From contig CANRIY010000001.1 of assembly GCA_947630775.1 (NCBI GenBank), forward strand, positions 1-43,119: DNA of 43,119 bases. The letters are read 5' to 3'. Each line of letters begins with the position of its first letter. The first letter of the stretch is position 1. Position numbers and translations under genes: made by a program. This document shows positions 1 to 8,400 of this stretch, piece after piece. Source of the stretch: an uncultured Clostridia bacterium. GTDB taxonomy: Bacteria; Bacillota; Clostridia; Christensenellales; Borkfalkiaceae. The notes beneath the pieces were generated by a model. It had not been told where the DNA came from, ran no database searches, and worked only from the letters and a program-made list of their open reading frames with translations.

Positions 1-1824
1 ATGGGACATCCAATCGCTCTGATCGGGCACGCGGTACGGCGTTTCGGACTGGTACATCACGGTGAGGCCGTCCTCGCCCTTCCAGAGCGTCTGGTATTCT
101 TCGAAATGTTCCACCATGAGCGCATAACAACGCACGCGGTCGCCCTGCACTTCCACCCCCGTCTTTGCGGGGTTGCCGTAGTTGGTATAGTCCCCCACCG
201 TTTCGTCGTTCCATGCGACGCCGTTCGAGTGATCGGCACGCCAGACCCAAAAATTATCGCCGATGACGTCGTTCGCATAGATGAGAAGCGCGGTATCCGT
301 CTCGGTGTGGACATTCGCGACGCCGCCGATGCGGAAGTAGAGATCGGAGAGGACCACGGGGTTTTCACTGTTGTCATTATCGCTCCCCTCTTCCCCGATG
401 ACGACCATATTTTTGCTGTACTTTCCCGCGTCGACGAGAATATCCGCCACGCGCACCCCGGGCACATCGGCGACTTTGAGCGCCGCGTCCTGATTTTCAT
501 TGCCGATCTTGAGGGTCGCATAGCCGAGCCCGAGGATGACGGTGTTCTCCCAAGTGACTTCGATGGGCTTGTCGAGCTCATAGATCCCCGGTGTGAGGAG
601 CAAATGCCGCCCCGCTTCGAGCGCTTCGTTGATGGAATCCGCCGTGTCATAGCGGGCGTCGGCGATATAAAATTCGTCGAGGCCGTACGGCACCCCCGCT
701 TCCTGCCCGAGCGTCTCCCGCCACGTGATCCCGCGAGAATTTTCGCTGACGAGCGGAACAAACACCTTATAATCCGTCCCGCTTTGATAGAGGAAGGGCT
801 TTTCGGCGACCTTTTCCGTCGTTTCGAGGTTGGTGATGCTCCCCCTGTCCGCCGTCCAAGCGTCGCTGCCGATCTCCCCGATACAGCCGCTGTATACCAT
901 ATTGAAGGAGCCCCCGCCGTACCCCGATGCGACGGTATTGCGGGTGTACCACTGCTGTTGGGTGCCCGCCGCGATACGGCCGAAGAGCTCACAGTTTGCG
1001 ATGAACCCGCCCGACGCCCAGCCGCCGTAGGAGAGAGAAAGGTCCCCTTGGATCTGGCTGCGGCGGAAACTCGTCGCCTGCGAGACCGCCCACGTCACGC
1101 TCGTGCGGACGGAGACGTTTTCGACACTCCGCCAAAAAGTGCACGTCGCATTCCTGTTGGAAAGTACTTTGTCCGAGACGTATACCTCTTTCAAAGAGAC
1201 GTCCGTCGGGACTTCGCCCAGCCCGTTAACGGAAGTATAATACCCGACTTTGGCCGTTAGATCATGGCTCCCGGGGAGGAACATCAGCGCGGCGCGGCGG
1301 GAGGAAAACTGCCCCGTGCTTCCCGTTTCGAGGCTCGAATGCACTTCGTCAATGGCACTTTGGGCGGCATCGGCATCGTCATACGGGGAGAACAGATAGG
1401 CGTTCGGAGAGAATGTGCTCGACGTGCCGATCTCCCGCTCGCCGTCCTCCGTCAAAACGCAAACTTTGTACACGTCGTAGGGAAGAGTATCCGTTTCGTA
1501 AGACAAAACGCCGGGATCGAGCTCGGCGACCTCCGAAAAGACGCCGAAGGTGCTCTCGGCACGGTAGAGCGTATAGCCGAGCGCGCCCTCTTGCGCCGCC
1601 CAGCGGATGTGGACCGTGCCGCCGTCGGCCTTGACAAGGACGTCGCTTCCCGAAAGTTCTGCGCCCCAAAAGGCGTCGAGGAAAGTTTCGGTAGTTTGCG
1701 GCGGATTTGAACCTTGCGGGGCGTCCGCGTTTCCCTTTTTGGAAGAAAAGTCACAGCCCGATAGAAGCTGCATTGTGAAAAGCGCCGACAGCGCGCACGC
1801 AAAAATAGCAACTCTTTTTTTCAT
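1..1824 (-). CDS. Secreted lipoprotein with an Fn3-like module and a right-handed beta-helix (pectate-lyase-fold) glycosidase-like domain. The 3' end runs off the window (608 codons visible).
   Basis: This gene is absent from the supplied ORF track. The reverse complement of 1822-1824 is ATG, with GGAGA 7 nt upstream. My hand translation reads MKKRVAIFACALSALFTMQLLSGC/DFSS (lipobox LSGC) and stays open to position 1 (...PDQSDWMSH). Motifs include NATCTFWRSVENVSV, WAVSQATSFRR, ASGGFIANC, QQQWYTRN and NFWVWRADHSNG. From memory these resemble an uncharacterised beta-helix family often annotated 'coagulation factor 5/8 type domain protein'. The family assignment needs an HMM search. The + ORF 1..1260 is the codon-aligned antisense shadow of this gene. 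Confidence 0.85.
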   Translation of the reverse strand, partial: MKKRVAIFACALSALFTMQLLSGCDFSSKKGNADAPQGSNPPQTTETFLDAFWGAELSGSDVLVKADGGTVHIRWAAQEGALGYTLYRAESTFGVFSEVAELDPGVLSYETDTLPYDVYKVCVLTEDGEREIGTSSTFSPNAYLFSPYDDADAAQSAIDEVHSSLETGSTGQFSSRRAALMFLPGSHDLTAKVGYYTSVNGLGEVPTDVSLKEVYVSDKVLSNRNATCTFWRSVENVSVRTSVTWAVSQATSFRRSQIQGDLSLSYGGWASGGFIANCELFGRIAAGTQQQWYTRNTVASGYGGGSFNMVYSGCIGEIGSDAWTADRGSITNLETTEKVAEKPFLYQSGTDYKVFVPLVSENSRGITWRETLGQEAGVPYGLDEFYIADARYDTADSINEALEAGRHLLLTPGIYELDKPIEVTWENTVILGLGYATLKIGNENQDAALKVADVPGVRVADILVDAGKYSKNMVVIGEEGSDNDNSENPVVLSDLYFRIGGVANVHTETDTALLIYANDVIGDNFWVWRADHSNGVAWNDETVGDYTNYGNPAKTGVEVQGDRVRCYALMVEHFEEYQTLWKGEDGLTVMYQSETPYRVPDQSDWMSH

Positions 1825-1875
1825 GTTTTTTCTCCGTTGGACCGATCGGGCGGGTTCCCCATTCCCACCCATTTT

Positions 1876-1904
1876 ATTATAACAGAAAATGTCGCAAGTG
1901 TCAA
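1876..1904 (-). promoter_or_regulatory. Consensus sigma-A/sigma-70 promoter for the beta-helix lipoprotein gene
   Basis: The minus strand reads TTGACA (1904-1899), a 17-nt spacer, then TATAAT (1881-1876), with a TGn extended -10 (ctgtTATAAT). The -10 lies about 50 nt upstream of the ATG at 1824. Confidence 0.65.
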
Positions 1905-2079
1905 TGAACGCATTCCGAAAGAGTCTGCGGAGCGTTTGGGGAAGGACCATTGTCATTTCGACCGAAGCGAAGCGGAGTGGAGAAATCCGAACAAGAATAA
2001 GGTGGAGATTTCTCGACAGCGGCGCCCGCGGCTACTCGCCGCGGGCGCCTTGCTCGAAATGACAATCAGGGTGACGTAT

Positions 2080-2140
2080 TTGGGAATGACACCCCCTCAC
2101 CGCCTACGGCGGAGCTCCCCCTCGAGGGGGAGCCAAGGGG
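2080..2140 (+). repeat. 61-bp direct repeat, copy 1, containing a perfect 20-bp palindrome
   Basis: The sequence ttgggaatgacaccccctcaccgcctacggcggagctccccctcgagggggagccaagggg is identical base for base to 2338-2398. It contains the hairpin ccgcc-tac-ggcgg and the palindrome gctccccctcgagggggagc, centred on CTCGAG. Confidence 0.95.
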
Positions 2141-2337
2141 TAGCGCGTCATTCTGAGACAGTGACATGTACGAAGTCCGAAGCGTAATTCCCGAAGAATC
2201 TCGATGAACGGAGTCCGCACCCTCGGCGCCCCTTATAGGGGAGCTGTCACGCGTCCTTGCGTGACTGAGGGGTTTTGAAACCCTATCCCCCGCTGCGCGG
2301 GTACTTCCCCTAAAAGGGGAAGCAAGAGGCGGCTCGA

Positions 2338-2398
2338 TTGGGAATGACACCCCCTCACCGCCTACGGCGGAGCTCCCCCTCGAGGGGGAGCCAAGGGG
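2338..2398 (+). repeat. 61-bp direct repeat, copy 2
   Basis: It is identical to 2080-2140 and lies 258 bp downstream. In this copy, ggcgggtgaggg (2397-2408) can additionally pair with ccctcaccgcc inside the unit, with one bulge. Confidence 0.95.
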
Positions 2399-2429
2399 CG
2401 GGTGAGGGCGGGGGGAGGGAGACAACCAT

Positions 2430-2468
2430 AAAAAGCAAAAAAACAGACGCCGAAGCGTCTGTTTTTTT
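2430..2468. terminator. Bidirectional rho-independent terminator ending the 34-kb minus-strand gene train
   Basis: The stem cagacgc(cgaa)gcgtctg lies at 2444-2461. It is flanked by an A-run (2430-2443, giving UUUUUUUGCUUUU on the minus transcript) and a T-run (2462-2468). It sits about 35 nt past the stop of the giant gene at 2496. Confidence 0.8.
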
Positions 2469-2495
2469 GTTGTCTGTGAGACAGGGATCAACCTG

Positions 2496-5400
2496 TTATG
2501 CGAGTTTGAAGTTGGAAACCTGTGCGTAGTCGCTCGAGGAGGCAGATGTGAAGTTATAGTAACCAATATACAGCACATCTCCCGCTTTCACCGTAACCGA
2601 TTTTGTTCCACTTCCGAATAACCGCGCATTGTACGTAGACCAAACAGTCGATGGATTCGAGGGATTCACGCCATAGGCTAAGAAATCCTCAGATGTATCC
2701 GTTATAGAGCACTCAAAGTTAAAGGTGAACGTGCCAGACGCCTTAAAGGTTATTTTCAGTGCCGCTTTGTTCTGGCTGCCCTGTCCTTCGACCTTCCATA
2801 CGCCATTGCCCGCTTCGGTCTCTGTCCAGTTCCCCTTGTTATAGTCAAGGTTCACAGACTCTACCGTATACGGTTCATCCATCCACTTGCAGTAGACGTC
2901 GATGTTCTGCGTGAGCGCGGCAGGGACATACTGCGTCGAATACTCTGCTTCATTGTACCAGCCTTCGAAGATCCAATTCCCGTCGGGAGACGGTTTGTAT
3001 GCCGTGAGATCGGGAACAGCATTCAACGGGAAATACAATGCCGTAGTGCCGTTCGCGTTCGCGCCGTGCTCGCCCCAGTGAATGGTAACCGTGATCTTCT
3101 GCACAGCCTTTGCATAGAGCGTTATCGATGCGGTCGGGATATACTTGCCGTCGACGAGCGTCACAGGAGTCTCGGTGCACGCTTCGTCCACATACCAACC
3201 TGCGATGATCTCGGTCTCATTCGCCGTTGTGGGAAGTTCGACAGAGACATTCTTATAGACGGTCATCGACGCTTGCGTAAGGCTCGTGTTGCTCTCTTTG
3301 ATCGTGAAGCTGATCGTCACCTTCGCCGCGGTGAGGGTCGCAGACTTTGTTTCACTGCCCTTATTGACAGTGAGCTCGTAAGTCTCGGTGCCGTTTTCAA
3401 GATAGACGTCGAAGGTGTAAGCAGAGCCTTCCGCCGGAGCCTCATAGGTGCCCGACTTCTGTGCGCCATTGATATCCGTCTTGATCCCGCCGAAGCCGTC
3501 GAGGGTGATCGTACCGCCTTCAACGGTGTATTCGCCTTCGTAGCCGTCTGCAACGGATTTTTCGAGCCCGCTGTCGCCGCGCTTCCATCCTTCGATGATC
3601 TCCCCTTCGGAATCGCGGATGACGATCGTCTGCGCGTCCTTATAGACATCATTCAAGGCAACCGCATTTCCTTCGGCGTCGGTCGCAACAAACGAAACAT
3701 TGCCCCAAACCCTACCGTCGGAGATGTAGATGATCATCTTCTCATCGCTGTCGAGTGTGACCTCAATGAGTCTTACGGAGCCATTCTCGGCACCCTTCCA
3801 ATAAGAATTGTCACCAAAGGTAACCGTCGCGCTCTTCGCCTTGTTCACCAAGACATACCAATCATTGCCGGTAGGTTGATTCGCGCTCCAAGGTGCAATC
3901 AGGACGCCGTTCTTCGCGTCTGCCGCAAAGTAATATGTTCCCGAATAGCCGCTTTCGAGTGTGAACTTACCGGTAGCGGGATCATAATTCTTAATTGTTC
4001 CGCTTACCCTGGAATAGTCACCGGAAATTTTCCCATAAGCATCGACGTTCAATGTCGTTGAGCTTCCCGCATCCTCATTTCCGCCGCTTGCAGTAGAAGA
4101 ATCATATTCCTTGCCTGCCCATTCGCCGTAGAGCGCGTGGGCGCCCTGCCACTCGCAGTAGAGGGTGATATCTTCGCTCACTTCGGTGCCCGAGGTCCAA
4201 ACGTCACCGTCTGCGGTGCCGAGATGCCATGCCTTGAAGACCTGCCCGTCCGTGAACGGCGGTTCCTTCGGAGTAGCCTCTTCGCCCTCGCCGAGAACAA
4301 GATCGTAGTTCTCAACGCCTTCCTTCTGGTAGTCCACATGCACCGTGACCTTCTTGAGCCACTTCGCGTAGAGGGTGATCCCATCCTCGGTAGGCGTATA
4401 GACATAGTCTCCGTCGCCGTTTGTGCTGAGCTTGCCCGTCGAGCATTCCTCATCGGTGTACCAGCCGCGGAAGACATACTCATCGGTATCATCCAAGGCG
4501 GGGATCACAAACTGCGCATTCTTATTGAAGCTCTGCGTCTCGCCCCAAGTCTGATTTTCGTCGTAGCCAAATCCTTGTGCGCTCGAGAAGGTGACGGAAA
4601 CCATCGGCTGGGTCGCGGAATAATGCTTCGCATCCTTGTCGAGCGTGACGAGATAGAACGCCCCGTCGTAGGTGAGCTCTGCCGTGTATTCTTGGCCGGA
4701 GACGAGAAGATAGGTCCCCTTCTTGCTGTCTGCGCCCGTCACGCCGCCGTGACCGTCAAGGGTGATCGTGCCGAGGTCGATGTCGCCCGAGCCCTTCGTG
4801 TAATCGCCCTCGTAGCCGTCGAGCGAGATCCAATCGCCGCTCTGTTTCGCAAATCCGACAATAAACTCATCCGAGCTATTGTAAATCTTGAATTCGGTCT
4901 TATTGCTCAAATCGGCTGCGTTGATCACCGTGCCGTCGGCAGCCTTGTACGTAACGTTTGCATACAGCGCGTTGTTATAGATCAATACGTTGATATCGTT
5001 GATCGTGAAGACACGGTTCTTATAGCTTTCGGTAAGCCCAAGGTTGTTCGGAACATTGAACACATTTTTCATGAACACGTTGATATCGCTATTGATCACG
5101 AATTCAGCGCTCTCCGTAGAGTTATAGTTGACAACTAAAATTCCGCTCGTCTCATCGAATAAGCCGTAGTAATACTTGCTGCTCGCCACAAAGATCACGC
5201 GTCCCGTAGCTGAATCGTAGCTCTGGAAGGTCGCAGTGAACTGGCCTTTTGTAGCTCCCTTTGTGGTAACCGAAAGCGTTTGGTTGCTCGCACCGGTACC
5301 GTTCGACGAACCGAAAACATTCTTCCCCTGCCATTCGCCATAAAGGATATTGGCTTTGGTCCAATTCACCCAGAGTTCGAGGTTGCCGTCTACGGCAGTG

Positions 5401-8400
5401 CCTTCCGTCCAAAGGTGAGTTTCGGTGCGGTCGGTCGCATCCGTGTACCAACCGTCCCAAATCTTTCCGTTGGTATAGCCGGGTTTTTCGGGATAGCCCG
5501 CTTCGCCCTTGCCATAGGTAAAGGTCTTGTCTTCCAAGTTCTCGCCGTAGTGGACGGTGATCGTCACTTTTTCGAGCCACTTCGCATAGAGAGTGATCGC
5601 CCCGTTGCCCTCAGGAGTGAAGAGGTAGCCATCCTCGTCGGATCTGAGCGGGTCACCCCGGAAGTCCGCCGTCGTGTACCAGCCGCGGAAGACATGGGTA
5701 TCGGTATCTTTGAGTGCGGGGATATGGACTTCAATATTCTTATTGTAATCGCCGTTTGCCAAGGTCTGACCATCGCCATAGGCAAGCCCCTGTTCACTCG
5801 TGAAGGTGACGGAGAGCATCGGCTTGGTGATGGTATACGTCTTGGCGGACGTCTTGTCGAGCGTTGCCTCGTAGTATTTACCGTCGAGGTAGATCCCGAC
5901 GACGCCGTCGCTGACGACCACGTAGCTGCCGTCTTTGTCCTCGCCAAACTTCGCCGTGGCAACGCCGTTGAGCGTAAGTGTCGTAGGAAGATCGTCTACA
6001 TTGTCGCCCGAGAGGGTATAGGTACCCTCGTTGCCGTCGAGTTCCACCATGGTGGTACCGTTATGGCCGAAGCGTGCAATTTCCTCGCCTTCGCTGTCGA
6101 AAATGTAAAGTTTCGACGCCTGATAAGCCGTATCGGCATTGACATCCGCTGCGGAATCGTCCAACCCATCCTTGAAGCTCACATTGAAGTACACCTTATT
6201 ATTGTGAACGAAGATGTTATAGGTCTGCCCGTCTTCCGGTGTATAGCTGATGACGCGCGACATGCCTTCATTCCAATAAGAACTACGAATATGGGATGCA
6301 ATAAAGCCGCCTTCTTTCTCCATGTAGGAAAGGAGATACACTTCATCGAATTTCTCGGCAGCTTCCTGTCCATTATAGTCGCTCGTCGAATTCATGATGA
6401 TGAGCTTGGAAATGGGATCGATATACGCATAATAGGTCGACGAAAATGATCCATCAGTCACAAACTTTAGTTTATAGCTACCTTCGTCTACCCATTCAAT
6501 CTTCAGGTTGCCTCTGAAAGGAGAAATGCTACTCGCGACGCCATTGCCGTCGGGATCAATGTCAACTTTATGGCTGTCATCAGTACTGGTCGATGTGAAA
6601 TGTCCGCCGTTTGCATTGGTCCCTCCAATTTCATAGGCATAATAGTAATGGCTGTAAATCGGCGCTTCGCCCCACTTCGGATAGAGATGGAGCTCTGTGA
6701 TGTCGGTGCCGAGTGTCACGGTCGTCAAACCGTCTTCACCCAACTCGCCCCAAGCGTGCTCATGCAATTCGTCGGTATACCAACCTTCGAACTTGCCGCC
6801 ATCTTTGACAGGACGGGCAAGCGTGACTTCTTCGCCCTGACCGTAGGCAGTGATCGTACCGTCTTCGCCGAGCGTGCCCTCGGGAAGGGTCTCGCCGTCG
6901 CCGAGATGGACATGGATGGTGACCTTCTTCACCCACTTTGCGTAGAGGGTGGCGGCTCCCGTAGGTTTGTAGACATAGTGGCCGTTGCCGTCTTTATTGA
7001 GCTCGGACCCGAATGCCTCATCGGAATACCAGCCGCGGAAGAGGTAGACACCGCTCGGATCGGTAAGGTCGGGAAGGACGGTCTCAATGTTCTTGTTGTA
7101 GGAAGTCGTCGCGGGCTTGCCTTCGGGATCCGTCACAAGGCCGTAGTTGAAGGTAAGATCCACCATGACTTTGGTGCTCTCGTAGGTCGTGCCGCTGAGT
7201 GTGACTTCATAGTAAACGATGGTATCGCCTTCCGCCACATATGCGTCTATCTTGTTGTCTTCGGCGGTCTTCTCATAGGTACCCGTCTTTTCGCCGAGCT
7301 TGAGGTTGCCCACGCCGTCGAGCGTGAGGTCGTCGGCGCCTTCCTTGGTATAGGTGCCGAGGAGTGCGTCAAGGTCGACGGTATCGCTCTTCTTTTCGAA
7401 AGATTCACCCTGAGAGGCGACGCCAAGCAGGACATTCCCCTTGGAATCCTTTACGACGACCGACTTTGAGGCCTTGAGCGAATTGATCGAATCGATCGCG
7501 GAGCCGAATGCATCCGTAACCGTCACATCCGAGCAGATGATCGTTTCATAGAAGAAAACGGTCTTTTTGCCGGTCTTCGTCTCGATCTCAACGAACTGAG
7601 CATAGTAGTTTCTGCTGTCATCGTGCTTGGACGTTGCCTGAACGCCATACTTGTTAGCGATCTTACCGTCCGTCGCCGCGTATTTGCTGAGCACATACAT
7701 GTCGTTGCTCAAATACTGGCGCACTGAGTCACCGTAATTGTACGCAAGAACGCCGCTCGCTTCATCAAAGAAGAAGTAATTGTTCGACCCGCTTGCATCC
7801 GTCCATGTAATGAGTTGCGTTTCTTTGTTGTAATCAACGACGGTACCTTCCTTATCGCCGGAAATCTTGCCGTCTGCGGTGATCGTAATGGTGATGCCGC
7901 CGGAACCGCCTGAACCCGCATTCCAAATTTCGGATCCGTTGAACGTACCAACATAAGGGATCTCCTCCCACACGGAGTGCAGTTCCAAAGCATTGTTGTT
8001 GCCGGACGCATACTTCGTATCGGGATAATCCGCCAAATTCCTTACCGTCTCGCCTTGCTTCATTTGCCAGCCCATGAACATCCGGTCGCCTTGTGCGTCG
8101 GTCGGGAACTTCTTCAGGGATTCGAGGATGTTGTCACCGACGCCGACTTCGAGATCTTCGGACTGTTCGCCGTCGGGATCCGGGAATACCTTGACGGTGA
8201 TCTTCTCGACCCACTTTGCATAGAGAACGGTGTCCCCCGCGGGCTTGAAGGGATCGGATACGGGAGTTTCCAGAGCATCATCCGTATACCAGCCGCGGAA
8301 GAGATATGCACCCGTTTCATCGACAGGCTCGGGAAGTTGCATTTCGACGTTCTTATAGCCCTTCTTCGCATTCTGCGAGCCGTGGCCCTTCATCTCGAAG

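Larger units (their letters stand above)
1905..2430. repeat. Cluster of nested GC-rich palindromic (REP-like/MITE-like) intergenic repeat units
   Basis: There are three copies of a 'gtcattYYgaS ... gaRaatcYc' unit: 1952-1988, 2004-2063 (inverted) and 2147-2202. A perfect 13-bp inverted repeat, attgtcatttcga/tcgaaatgacaat, lies at 1949-1961 and 2054-2066. A perfect 11-bp stem, ggcgcccgcgg/ccgcgggcgcc, lies at 2021-2031 and 2039-2049. A 7-bp stem, gtcacgc/gcgtgac, lies at 2246-2265. The motifs cccc-ttata-gggg (2229-2241) and cttcccc-taaaa-ggggaag are also present. Two identical 61-bp units are listed as separate features. Confidence 0.8.

Noticed and set aside
2229-2300. I considered whether the hairpins in the repeat cluster are tRNA-like or ncRNA-like (for example gggttttgaaaccc).
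   Set aside because: No cloverleaf can be drawn, and there is no T-loop GTTCRANYC or acceptor/anticodon arrangement. They fit the palindromic repeat interpretation.
2080-2398. I considered whether the two identical 61-bp repeats could be a CRISPR array.
   Set aside because: There are only two copies, the 'spacer' between them is 197 bp and is itself made of other palindromic repeats, and there are no cas genes in the window.
1837-2578. ORFs 1837..2187 (+), 2066..2578 (-) and 2338..2529 (+) lie in the left intergenic region.
   Set aside because: They are read-throughs of the palindromic repeat units, and the same pseudo-peptide ..SPSRGS.. appears on both strands. They cross the terminator and the giant gene stop, and I saw no RBS.
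2496-2950. I considered a diversity-generating retroelement or variable C-terminal cassette for the giant protein.
   Set aside because: There is no reverse transcriptase in the window. I saw no template-repeat-like copy of the C-terminal coding region in the adjacent intergenic DNA.
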